DNA of 64,000 nucleotides from Malacoraja senta (lineage: Eukaryota): positions 5,828,001 through 5,892,000 of the forward strand of contig CM075987.1 of the NCBI GenBank assembly GCA_038087875.1, given 5' to 3'. Both the position numbers and the translations under genes were made by a program. The notes beneath the pieces are model-generated. The model was not told where the DNA came from. It ran no database searches and saw only the letters and a list, made by a program, of their open reading frames with translations. Numbering within the stretch: the first letter of the stretch is position 1; every line of letters starts with the position of its first letter. Below, piece by piece: positions 27,500 to 39,865 of the stretch.

Positions 27500-29160
27500 C
27501 CTATTACTAACAAAGGGTCTTAGACTTGAAACTTTAACTCTGTTTCTCTTTCCACAGATTCTGCCTGCCCTACCAACTATTTCCAGTATTTTATGTTTTA
27601 TTTTAGATTCCATGCATCTTGTTTTTTTATATTCATTTACTATTTAATTCGCTGCCATGAATGACAATTTATCTTCCAGCAATGACAACTGGAAGTTCTC
27701 TTGCATTCTCTGACAAGACTTTTGCCCTTTTGGTTGTGTACTTCATCCTCAGTGGTTTCTCTTGTTCTTCCAGTTTTCACTAAGACTTTGACCAAAACTC
27801 ACTTCCACGTGCATATTTCTTTCATTAGCAAATGTCTCCAACTTACCCCATGTGGATTTTAACTCAAATTCCACCCTTCACTATTTACTCACCCAGGATC
27901 ACAGGAATCTTCAAACTTGCCATCATTTCTCAAGATATTGCTCTCATCCTATACCAAGATCCACATTTAATCCATGCACTCTCTTGACCTCTGTCAACTA
28001 CTCTTACTCATTCTGCCTAAAGCTGTTATGGTCCACAATCTCTTCATTCAATGCTGTAGCAGACAATTTATTTTCTGGCTTTAAAAATGTCAAACTTGAA
28101 CATCTTATAAATTCCAATACCCCTCCAATATCCCTCCGGACCTTTCAACTTTCCCATCTCTCCCTCCAGTTCCACCCTTGTGTTTTCCCCTTCCCATCCA
28201 ATGGTCCCATTTCTGATCCCCAAACATCAGTCGCCAAGAGGCCTCAGCTGCATTCCTCTACAAACTTACTTCAATTAAGTCTGAGGACTATTCTTCCACC
28301 ACCTACAAACACATTTCTTTGACCAGGAATTTTCACCCAAGACTGCAGACTCTTTTCTTGTCTCCAGACTTCCTGATTCATGTGGATCTCTCCCTCTGAC
28401 TTCGTACCCTCTCTAGATCTACTCCTTGTGAACTGCAGATGGGACATTGACTGCCTTGATTTTCCACTCCCCTCACTCACTCTAACCTATTCTCTTTTTT
28501 ACACGGCTCTGCTCACAAAGAACCAGCCCTGATATCATTGTAAATCTGCGAACAGGGACTACTGTTGTAGTCTGATGAACTGACCTCAAGGTTGCAGAGG
28601 CCAATTATCAGTTCGCAGACACATTCATATCTCACTCTCATCATGCCCAACCATTGAACATCAGATCATTGCCTCCAAGAATTACGGACCTCATTTCTTA
28701 GATAAATCTTCCCTTCACTACATCCAGTCTTGTGCTGCCTCAGCCGCACACAACAGTGTACAAAACACCGGGCACTGCTGGCTCCTACTCAAGATCCATA
28801 AACAGCCTACTTTTACCTTGATTCCATCGTGGTCTCCCCTAGTCCATGGAACTCGTTCCATTTACATCCCCAAACTTTCAGATGCACTTTGCCATTTTAA
28901 CAGTTTCCAATTATCTGGTCCCAACCAGCTAATCTTTACCAAAAACATGCACTCTCTCTGTACCGCCTCACATCAAAAAGGTCTGAGGGTCCTCCACTTC
29001 TTTGTTGAACCAGAGAACCAATCAGTTGCCCACCACAAATACACACATTCAACTAGGTGAACTTGTCCGCACTTTAAACAATGTCTTCAACCCCATTTAC
29101 TTTTTTTTCTCCCAGATCCAAAATTTAGCATTTGGAACTCTCAAGGACCCAAGCAACAAA
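27500..29160 (+). mobile_element. Old Penelope-like retroelement: 5' terminus plus decayed RT pseudogene
   Basis: Terminus at 27505-27620. Decayed IIKPADKGGAVVVW-like sequence near 28532-28590. Peptides FNSFQLSGPNQLIFTKNMHSLCTASHQKGLRVLHFF (cf. LIFTMDVQSLYTSIPH) and LGELVRTLNNVF..SQIQNLAFGT (cf. LVLTLNNFSF..LQ.KGVAMGT). Confidence 0.8.
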
Positions 29161-30611
29161 TCAAATCTGTTAGTGCTGCAAGTGTATTAGTTTATACTTC
29201 ATGCTGAAACTCTAAAAGATATTTGCACATTTTAAAAAAATTGGACAAAAGATTCATAATAGAGACAATGGCTTGCTACTAACTATCGAATGAAACAAGT
29301 GTGCAGGGATAGAGATACATACACCAAAAAATTAGATCCATTTGTGCACATTTTTATGCAGGATTTGTGCTCAAGGCCATTTTGCACACAGTATAATTTA
29401 CTACCAATCATATCCAAGTTAGTTAGCAGCCATCTGAAAATTGACCTGCATGCTTCCAGGCAAATCACTTTAACATGTCTGACATGTTCCCAGGATAAAG
29501 TGGATATCTAATAACATATTTTAGTGCATAGCAGCTATTTCCATATTTACTCAGAAAAAGCAGTTGTTACAGTTCCGATCTGCTTCTCACTCATATCATA
29601 AAAAAAGGAGCAAATCCTTTGGAGCAAGTTACGCAAAAGACACAAATTAATGGGTTCCCGTTGTGAATTCCACATTCTGCCCACAATCTCTGCCGGACAT
29701 TTGTGCGCTCCATCTATTACCAGAGCCAGTGCTGATAAGAATGTAAACATCTTTATATTTAACACCACAGTGCAACATGTTACACTGACATGGTCCATAC
29801 TTCAAGTATCTTGGGGAAACATTTGGCACGAGGCCTCTTGAGGCTCCACCATCACAACAGGCGTGGCGACATCTGGGCCCTGCCTCTAACCAGAAAAAAG
29901 TAATCTCCTTTATTCTCCTGTCCTAAGCAATGTCTACATCTAATGCCAAAAGGTAAATTCCAATTTCTAGCCATCAGTACAAAATGAAATGTGCAGATAT
30001 GCAAAATTAACGAAAAGGAGGCATTTTGTGTACGTAAAACATCAGGTTTCTTGCAAAAAGTTGACAACTTCTCCTTTTCCATTTTCTTCTGTTCATTTCC
30101 GATGACTCTGACTTGATTACTTGTGAAACTTCTCGTTCTTCTATAGGTAAAAGCATCATTTCTTTTGCCCCAAGCTGCATCTATTTAGGTCATTCACCCA
30201 ATTCTTATGAAGGAACCTGCACTGAAATGTTAACTGTTTCCCTTTCCACAGCTGTTGTGTGGTATGGAAAGTGTTTCTGGCATTTTTAATTTATTTTTAT
30301 CTGCTCACTATTTATTCATAAGGGTAAATTCAAACAAATTGCTTTTCAGACAGGTTTTAAAGTGTCATGGTTGTAAAAAAATCAATAATTTCCTGCCCAC
30401 CTAATAATACAGGCTTGATAAACCCACATTATCCCCTGTATTAAATTAGCTGATCTCAATCAGTGACCCAATTGTTCTTGCACTCTGGTTGAAAACAGCC
30501 AGACTTCCCGCTCTATGCTGGAAGCGAATATGTTTGGATACAAGGGGACAAGATCAAACAAAGCGTCAAAGCCCCTGGAGTTGAACAGTTTGTTGAGGCC
30601 CACTGGAAATG

Positions 30612-32115
30612 ACATTCATCACTTGCCACATCTTCCCATCTCCACCTCTTTTTGCTTTCCGCAGAGACCGTTTCCTCCGTAACTTCCTGGTCAATTTGTC
30701 TCTTCCCACCCAAACCACCCCCTTCCCTGGTACTTTGCCTTGCAACCGCAGGAAATGCTACACTTGTTGCTTTACCTCCACCCTCGACTCCATCCAAGGA
30801 CCCAAGCAGTCTTTCCAGGTGAGGCAGAGGTTCACCTGCACCTCCTCCAACCTCATCTAATGCATCCAGTGTTCCAGGTGTCAATTTCTCTACATTCAGA
30901 TTCAGATTCAGATTCAACTTTATTGTCATTGTGCAGTGTACAGTACAGAGACAACGAAATGCAGTTAGCATCTCCCTAGAAGAGCGACATAAATATGAGC
31001 AGTAAATAAATAAATCTAATAAATCCTGGTGGGAGGAGTGTCCGGGGGGGGGGGGGGGGGGTGTGTGATTGGCAGTCACCGAGGTACAGTGTTGAGTAGT
31101 GTAACCGCCGCAGGGAAGAAGCTGTTCCTGGACCTGCTGGTCCGGCAACGGAGAGACCTGTAACGCCTCCCGGATGGTAGGAGGGTAAACAGTCTGTGGT
31201 TGGGGTGAGAGCAGTCCTTGGCGATGCTGAGCGCCCTTCGCAGACAACGCTTGCTTTGGACAGACTCAATGGTGGGGAGTGAAGAACCGGTGATGCGTTG
31301 GGCAATTTTCACCACCCTCTGCAGTGCTTTACGGTCGGAGACAGAGCAGTTGCCATACCATACTGTGATGCAGTTGGTAAGGATGCTCTCGATGGTGCAG
31401 CGGTAGAAGTTCACCAGAATCCGAGGAGACAGATGGACCTTCTTTAGTCTCCTCAGGAAGAAGAGACGCTGGTGAGCCTTCTTGACCAGAGTTGAGGTAT
31501 TGTTGGTCCAAGAGAGGTCATCGGAGATGTTGACCCCCAGGAACCTGAAGCTGGAAACACGTTCCACCTCCCTCCCGTTAATGTGGATGGGGGTGTGCAT
31601 GCCGCCCCTAGACTTCCTGAAGTCTACAATGAGCTCCTTGGTCTTCTTGGAGTTAAGGGCCAGGTTGTTGTCAGTGAGACCAGGCGCAGGCTTGGCGATC
31701 GCTTCGCCCAACACCTCCACTCAGTTCGCAATAACCAACCTGATCTCCCGGTGGCTCAGCACTTCAACTCCCCCTTCCATTCCGAATTCGACCTTTCTGT
31801 CCTGGGGCTCCGCCAATGCCAGAGTGAGGCCCAGCGCAAATTGGAGGAACAGCACCTCATATTTTGCTTGGGTAGTTTACACCCCAGCGGTATGAACATT
31901 GACTTCTCCAATTTCCGGTAGTCCTTGCTTTCTCCCTCCTTCCCCTCCCTTTCCCAGCTCTCCCACAAGCCCACTGTCTCCGCCTCTTCCTTTCTTTTTC
32001 CCACCCCCCCTGAAGTCAGTCTGAAGAAGGGTCTCGACCCAAAATGTCGCCTATTCCTTCTCTCTATAGATGCTGCCTCATCCACTGAGTTTTTCCAGCA
32101 TTTTTGTCTACCTTC
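30612..32115 (+). mobile_element. Penelope-like element 3' part: GIY-YIG endonuclease pseudogene plus terminus, split by a LINE
   Basis: AFRRDRFLRN..PCNRRKCYTC..FTCTSSNLI*CIQCSRCQFLYI [insert] SETRRRLGDRFAQHL..VAQHFN..RKLEEQHLIFCLGSLHPSGMN; stop at 31921, followed by the hammerhead-like terminus at 32021. Confidence 0.9.
30894..31676 (-). mobile_element. Young 5'-truncated Rex1/Babar-type LINE
   Basis: Uninterrupted frame of about 200 codons DNNLALNSKKTKELIVDFRK...FRFLGVNISDDLSW...KKAHQRLFFLRRLKK...FYRCTIESILT...LLPSGRRYR; 3' UTR with aataaa and a (CTGAAT)n tail. Confidence 0.92.
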
Positions 32116-32194
32116 AAATAATGTGCACTAATGAGGAAGAAAGCTTCAGCGGAAGAAAGGTATCAATGGATGTCACAAGAAAGTGGTGGATATA

Positions 32195-32590
32195 TACAAG
32201 GATGTTGCTGAGACTGGAACATTTATGTTTTAGGGAAAACATTAACTAGCCCAAGTTGCTAGCTTTGAAACAGAGGAGATTGAAGGGAAATTTAACTGAG
32301 GTGAATAAAATCATAAGAGATAGATTTTTATGCAGGAAGTAATCGATTAACATAGCAAAATGGATAGTACCAAGAGGGCATACATTTAAGTTAATCAATA
32401 GAAAGGGGGAGGTAGGGATCTGGAACAATACCTAATAATGCGGCAGAGGAAGAAATCCTCATCACATTTAATGTACACAGACGATCATCTGAACAACCAT
32501 AGAAGGCCATGAACTCTTCTTTTGGGTGGCACGGTTGGGATGGGCTGACTGGGTCCATTTTGTGCTGTAAATGTCACAATATTCTACAAT
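32195..32590 (+). mobile_element. Decayed CR1/HER1 fragment
   Basis: acaaggatgttgctgagactgg..., aggagattgaagggaaatttaactgaggtgaataaaatcat (RRLRGDL.EVYKIM-like), accaagagggcat. Confidence 0.6.
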
Positions 32591-34557
32591 TTAACATCTT
32601 CAGAATATAAACCAATTAGCAGGAAAGTTAACAACTATTTTTCAAATCTTTTGTGCTCAGATGTTTCCTCCAAGAACCCAAACACAGGAGTTTGCATTTG
32701 TTTATATCAGTCAATGAACAGAATAATATTCACAGGTGGTTATTTAATGTAATGGGTTGTGCGTAATTACAATAAAAAGTTAAATGAAAGATTACAGCGC
32801 AAGGGTTTGTCCCACATCCACAGGTAATTAAACGCACATTATCCATGCTGAGATGATCTTGCTATTCTGGATAAGTCAATGCACGAGTCAGGTGACTGTT
32901 AATTCATTTTGGCCCTTCTCAAAAGGCAGCAAATGCCGATAACATAAAAGAAGAAATATATGATGATTGCATTTGATCTTTCTAATAAAAGGCAACAAAG
33001 TCTCTTATTTCCACATTGAGTTTTAAGATCCTGCAGTTTCTCCCCCATTTTATCCAGGCAGTAACAAAGGAAAATGGCAGTGTGCTCAGCTGGTCGACTG
33101 GACAAAGAAGGCATCCCACTCATCCTTACGAATGGAACCAATTGTCATACATTTTCTAAACAATCTACAGGAGAAATATATTTATTGTTCAAGCTGAAAA
33201 ATATGAGGTTTTATAATAAAAGCATTGCTTTTATTATAAAATGGTTCATTTTGTAAGTGATGAACAAGCGAAAAACCCAAGTTAAAAAGTGTAGGAAGGG
33301 GAAATTGGTACGAAAAAGTTTGATACTTGCAATTGCAGAGCTGAAAATTCAGACACCAAATATGACAATTACATAGCGTGGATATTAATTGCATGACTTT
33401 GGATGTTTTGTGCAATTATATTTAGCTGATAGCCTTTATTATTTAAAAGGAACAAGTAAATCACTACCACCAAAGAAGTTAATTGATCAAAAATCCTGTT
33501 ACAAATTTTGAAATGGTCATTTAAAAAAAAAGATATAAAGTGCAGAAGCCTTATACAAATAACTTGCTGCAAAAAAAAAATCCTGCTCCCCATAACATTA
33601 AGATGACTTGATACCGCAACTATTCAAGGAATTCACCCCCACCAAGGGGGCAAAACAGAGGCCAAAAGTTCACTTTACAAATGCTGCACCATTAACCCCT
33701 TCAACTCAAACTGAAGCAGATGTTCTACTCGCAAGGAAACATGTGTGAAAACACGTGTGAAAACACAGCAACTTTTGGTGCCTAGAAAGAGGCAGTAAAT
33801 CATGAATGCACAAATGGCATCTATTTTTTTTCATGGTTTACTGCCACAAAATTCTATAATATACAAGTTCTAAGCCATACACAATTAACGTGCTTCACCG
33901 CTGTGGAATGTACAAAGGAAAACAGACTGGTCACTGGTCTGGACAGAGTGTGGAAGAAATCAGAGCCGTGGATTAGATGAGGGTGTTGGGTAGAATGCAC
34001 ATTTGGTTGGAATTGAAACTTGGTAAGAGAAAGAGAATGTGGTAGTTGAGCGATTCCAAGAAAATCCACCATGAGGTGTAAGTATTTTGTTTAAAGAATC
34101 TCTACCCTGTGTTGGCTTCAATGACAGAGCTGGCCACATTTAACATAAGCTAAAGCAGACCACAACTGTGCTGTATTGGTGATCCACAGCACCTACAGAG
34201 CACGCATGCTAGAAAGTGAGCAGTCCAATGGCATTACTCCACACATCTGGGTGCACAACGGATTCCAAGGTACAAAAGAAAACAGCATGCTGTAAAGCAC
34301 AATTCAATCTTTTGTGCACACAGATATTGCTCCATGTCACTAGTTTGTTAGATCTTGAAGTGGGGAATTCTTAACTTTGGGAATTCCTAGAGGGAGCACA
34401 CCACTGAAGCCAGCAGCTGCAAAATAAGGTGTTCATTTTTGTAAAATCAATTTTTTTTAAAGTCCAATAATGGCAGATAAGACACATGACAAAAATATAT
34501 TAGCCTATTTATAAATACATTTCAACAATTCAAATCATCCCATCCAATTTTACAGAA

Positions 34558-34841
34558 TTGCCACTTTGGCCCGGCACCTTACAACGCCAGAAACCCAGGT
34601 TCAATCCTGACTAAGGGTGGTGTCTGTACAGAGTTTGTACATTCTCCCTGTGACTGCATGGGTTTTCCCCGAGTGCTCAGGTTTCCTCCCACACTCCAAA
34701 GATGTGGTTTGTAGGTTAATTGGTTTCAGTAAAATTGTAAATAGTCCCTAGTGTGCAGAGTAGTGCTTGTGTACAGACTGATCACTAGACAGCGTGGACT
34801 CGGTGGGCTGAAGATGCTGTATCTTTAAAGTCTAAAGTAAA
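34558..34841 (+). mobile_element. HE1/V-SINE-like SINE
   Basis: B-box ggttcaatcc, central domain and tail match 8145-8447. Confidence 0.85.
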
Positions 34842-35781
34842 TTAAAACCTCCTGTATGTGTAGTAGTGTTGCAAAAAGTAACTTTCATTTTGCACGTGTG
34901 CAAACAGGCTGGCAGTTTTGAATAGTTTTTTTTTATTCCTTATTTTGAATCAGAACATTACAGCAATATCTGTAGCATTCTCTATTAAAACACAATCTCA
35001 ATTCCAAATAAAATGGAACCACGCATTTCTAACTAATTTTCAATGGCTGATAGAAGCAGTATTTCATCTGCATGCAAACAAGTCGCAGTATACCTTTGGC
35101 TTTGCAAGGACTCAAGCTAGACTGTGTATGCCCAGCACAATGAAGTGAATATGTGGAAAGGAGGAAGTGAATTATACAGCAAATAGTGCACCTATCAAAT
35201 TCAGATTTTATATCTGATCACATATATAAAACATGTCTTATACAAATGGAAACAGGCTAAAATAATGTTATATCATTTACAGAAATACTAGCTATAGTAA
35301 TTAAATTAGTTAACCTTTTCCACCACTCGGTAAATATGAAATGGTGAGCATGACAATGAGAGTCACATACCATGTTTTCTTCCATAAATCTATATTACTA
35401 AAAGTCTGATCTTGACCACTTCCTGTTGTTCTGTATATTGATTTTAGAAAAAACGCTGCCACTTACGGCTGTGATGTTTGGCCATCTTACTCAGAGTCCC
35501 CCTCCGCTGCGCAGGACAAGAGGATTTTTTGCATCGATGAAAAATAAGAATTATTAGTGTTTACAAAATGTTGAGATTCTCTCTCCTGAAGGCCACAACC
35601 CTTCCGGAGGGACTATAAAACCCGGAAGTGTTGAGTGCCTCACTCAGTCTCTGCAAGATGGGGGAAGCGAGAGGGTCACGTCTCTCAGTCTGAGCTGTGA
35701 ATAACACTGAACACATGTCTACTAAACTGTGAGTGGTTTTACTGACCTGTCAGTGCCCTTAATGTGGTTTGAAAATATAGT

Positions 35782-35958
35782 ATGGAAATGCTAAAGCTGT
35801 GTTGCCATTTGGTTTGGAAATGCTAAAGCTGTGTTGCCTTTGGTTTGGAAATGCTAAAGCTGTGTTGCCTTTGGTTTGGAAATGCTAACGCTGTGTTGCC
35901 TAATTAAAGTTGCCTTGCCTAATTAAAGTTGCCTTGCCTAATTAAAGTTGCCTTGCCT
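35782..35958 (+). repeat. Two minisatellite arrays inside the Helitron
   Basis: About 4 copies of a 31-bp unit tttggtttggaaatgctaaagctgtgttgcc, then 3 copies of 19-bp taattaaagttgccttgcc. Confidence 0.9.
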
Positions 35959-36279
35959 TCTATATAATTAAAAGTCTAATCTTGACCACTTCCTGTTTGC
36001 GCTTTATATTGATTTTAGAAAAAACGCTACCACGTACGGCTGTGATTTTTGGCCATCTTACTCAGAGTCTCCCTCCGCTCATCAGGTGTCGAGGATTTTT
36101 CCCATCGATGAAAAATAAGAGTTATTAGTGTTTTAAAAATGTTGAGATTCTCTCTCCTGTCAATCACGCCATGAAGGCCACGCCCCTTCTGGTGGGAGGG
36201 ACTATAAAACCCAGAAGTGTGGGCGTGGCTCAGTCTCTGCAAGATAGAGGAGGGAGAGGTCACGACTCGCTGTCTTTAG

Positions 36280-36400
36280 TTGCCTTGCACCCTGCTTGAA
36301 ATGGTATGAAACTGCGCTTGAATTTGGTGGCCTTGCACCCTGCTTGAAGTGGTAAAAAACTGCACTTGAATTTGGTGGCCTTGCACCCTGCTTGAAATGA
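36280..36400 (+). repeat. About 48-bp tandem repeat inside the Helitron
   Basis: gccttgcaccctgcttgaa recurs three times, with ttgaatttggtg spacers. Confidence 0.85.
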
Positions 36401-39400
36401 AATTTCAAGGAATAGCTGCGAGTCAACTGCCAGCCTACCAGCCATGAGTGAGTGAGCTGCCAGCACAACAGGCTTGAGTGACTGAGCCACCAGCCCAAGA
36501 ATCCATTCGGCCCACAATGTCCATACTAGCCCTCTGGAAACCAGTCCCTTCAGCCCACAACACCCATACTAGCGCTCCAGAAAGCCCCCACCCCCACTGG
36601 CCACCAATATTGGAATTGGTGGAGAGGTGGAATATTGTGTTGGGGGACCAGCCCTCCTGTGTGATGCTGGGACCCAACGGGTCCCGCTTAGTCTAGTCTT
36701 TCACAAAAATGGGTGAAGAATTTTGCTATACTGCTTCTATCTTAATTTAGTTAATTATTTTATCATTTTCACCTTTTACATTATTGCAAGTTAGCAATGG
36801 AGTCAACTTTACAGCTAGTCTGAATTGCTTAAATTTCATACAGATCACAAACCACTGAAAGAACCATGAGAGGATTCAGAACAGGGCTAACTTAATTCAT
36901 CCTATCTGTAGACCATGCTCACATTTTAAATGGCGACTGTGCACATTTGAGAAAGTGACATTCTGTGCGTGCGCATTTGTATGGGAGGGTAGAGGATGGA
37001 AGGTTATAAAACAAAGCAATTAATTTAGCCTGGGGCACAAGGTCTGTTTACCTTCTGCCAGAAGGCAAGAATGGAAAATGGAGATAGCAGTTCACTCTGT
37101 GCAGTTATCATCTGGGAAGGTGCTATGATGTGGTTAATTATTTTGTAATACAGCTGGATTGCCTGAATGGGAGAGGAGAGATCTGAATGATCTGCACAAA
37201 AGCCAATTTTATTGCTGCCCAATAATGTTCTTAAAAAGCCATTGTTACTATTGCACCAAGCCAGACAATAAGCTGAATTTAGTTGGAAATGGTAGGTTCA
37301 TGACTCCCACATAAACACGGAAATCCCATTTATTGGTCCAGCCTCGCTATCCATTTTGAAGCTGTGGTCCAATGGTTACTACCCACAGAAATCAGTGTCA
37401 GAGCAAAGTTTTCTGTGACTCCATGTTTATGTCGAGGAATCTGCTTCTGAACCATGTGGCACTTTCGATCTGGCACAGAATCCTTGAACCCATTCACTTG
37501 CACAGGAGAGTGGGTGTGTGGGCAAAGTAAAGGAAGAATGAGTTTAGGTTACATTTCTTTATCTACTTTGTTTATTATTATTGTCATTTAAATGTCCTTC
37601 AAAATATGTTTTAAATGTGTGTAGTTGTAAATAAGTAAATGCATGTAACTATGTATTTCTTTTCCAATTTAGAGAAAGCTTGGCACCCCTGACAACTGGC
37701 AAAAGCTGGACCATGCTTCGCAGATGGTTAAAGGTTTCCAGGGTGTTTTGTGATATAACTTGCTCCGACTTGTCCATATCACTCCATTACATCATACTAC
37801 ACTTAGGGCATTTCCACGCAGCTCAGGGACCATCTGGACAACGAGATTGTCTTCCACACTCAGCCAAAGGGAATGGAGACGCAGTTGGCGAGTGCAGGTG
37901 GTAGGTCCGACTCAGAAAAATCCAGGCTATTGAGAAGGCTGGGATGAATTCTGCATCTTTTGTTCAATAAATTTAAGTAACTCACAACATTTACCTTTTT
38001 ATCCTTGTATATTGTTTTCTCCACGTGATTTTATATTATTGCTAATAGCATTGGAGGATAATATACTTTGTACTCGATTGTGAAGAATACATGAATGACA
38101 ACACATACGCAATAGAACCTGCTCCTTTAAAGCAAATGTGTCACTGCTAACCTTTTAGTTTGTACAGAAAAATATTGGGATCTCAAGATAGGCAGAACAT
38201 TATACCATAGCAAGCTATTTCTTTTTCACATTATCAAATTCAATCAATAATCAAGCAGCAGGTTTTAAAAATAAATAAATTCAGCTCATTTCAATTCAAA
38301 GAACAAAAGATTCACTCACAACAAGCAATGCCTATACTAAAGCACACATTTCCCTTCAAGAGAAACTGATTTTTCACTCACTCTGAACATCCTTGGCCTC
38401 TCTCTGTATTAGCCTAAAGGCAGTCTGTAAATTACACTCTCTTTAAATTACAGTAATTTGCCTGTTTCTGTTGAATTCGCTCCTTCAGACATATACAAAA
38501 CCCATTTCCGCAGATCAAATTCACCTTCATAGATGTCAAGAGCAATCGATGGTCAGTGATTTGAAATACTTTTGCACATCAAATAAGGGAAAGAAGGAGC
38601 TTTATAAATGCCGGTTTTTCACCTACTCAATGTTACATAAAATATGGCAAAGGGCAGATTAGGCTGGAATAATTAGTTAATTACAAAAGCACTGAATGCA
38701 AACTCTTCTCGTTAACAGCAATTTTGAAAATCCCTGCCATTCATCACAGCAGACGTTACTTTTCTTGACAGATTTTTTTTAAATGCTCCTAATGCAGGCC
38801 AAAATGGATAGGGAAACTGGAACAGATCTTATTCAATATTTCTCTACAGTGCTGAGTTTTCCCATTGGTTTTGATTCTCAACACAAAGTCATGAAGTCAA
38901 AATCTTAAAAAGTAAAGTATCGAACAAAATGGTTTTAATAAACAGAGTAGAACCAGAATGTAACTAAGGTACATTAAACAAGGCAATAGGATGGTCACTA
39001 TGGTAACTGTGGGCAGTAATCTGCCAATAACACATCGACAATGGAGCAACAACTCTTAAATGCAAACGGTTTCATCTATTCATCAAATTAAATACTGAAT
39101 TTGTTTAGATTGAGTTTAGGCAGTCAAACAGATATTAATCCTGTCAAAAAAAATTACTTTTAAATGAGTTTTTTCTGTCCATAAAATTAACACATAAGTC
39201 AGGGAGAATCTTACATCAAAATACACCATTGAAGGAGTTACTGTATCCACATTAAAAAGTTACAAGAGGTGAACCACCATATATATCCATCCCATCCAAA
39301 ATGTGTTTATACCTTGAGTTATTTTGATTGCTTACAAACTTTTTCAGACACACAAAATACATTTCATAAACTGTCACATACTGTATAAACAAAACAGACT

Positions 39401-39669
39401 CCTTCATTCTGCCAACATCGCTGCATGTTGCCACACAAAATTGAACTGATGTTTATGTGCTGACTCCAATATCCAGCAAACAAATGCATTTTGCTGCATA
39501 CAGCTGGCTGAACAAGTGTCTTGCAGAGTTTCAGAGCTAAAGCATGTAAACCTGGTGCCGCTAGAAGTGCTATTAACTCTTGTCCCACCCAAACTCTCCA
39601 GCAGAAATGCCATCACTGCTAAGTACTGCTCATCCTAGTAATGCTATCAGTAATGGCACACTCGCTCAG

Positions 39670-39865
39670 NNNNNNNNNNNNNNNNNNNNNNNNNNNNNNN
39701 NNNNNNNNNNNNNNNNNNNNNNNNNNNNNNNNNNNNNNNNNNNNNNNNNNNNNNNNNNNNNNNNNNNNNNNNNNNNNNNNNNNNNNNNNNNNNNNNNNNN
39801 NNNNNNNNNNNNNNNNNNNNNNNNNNNNNNNNNNNNNNNNNNNNNNNNNNNNNNNNNNNNNNNNN
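39670..39865. other. Assembly gap (run of N)
   Basis: 196 N bases. Confidence 0.99.

Larger units (their letters stand above)
35389..36696 (+). mobile_element. Non-autonomous Helitron-like element
   Basis: Host A|TC start, CTAG|T end, subterminal hairpin gggaccc-aac-gggtccc (36669-36685), no TSD or TIR, internal tandem arrays. Confidence 0.85.

Noticed and set aside
30513-31895. Long ORFs 30513-31247, 31482-31895 and the N-termini of 31076-31720 and 31583-31921
   Set aside because: Chimeric or shadow frames across the Rex/Penelope junctions, not host genes.
35782-35958. CRISPR-like array
   Set aside because: Head-to-tail repeats without unique spacers in a eukaryotic transposon.
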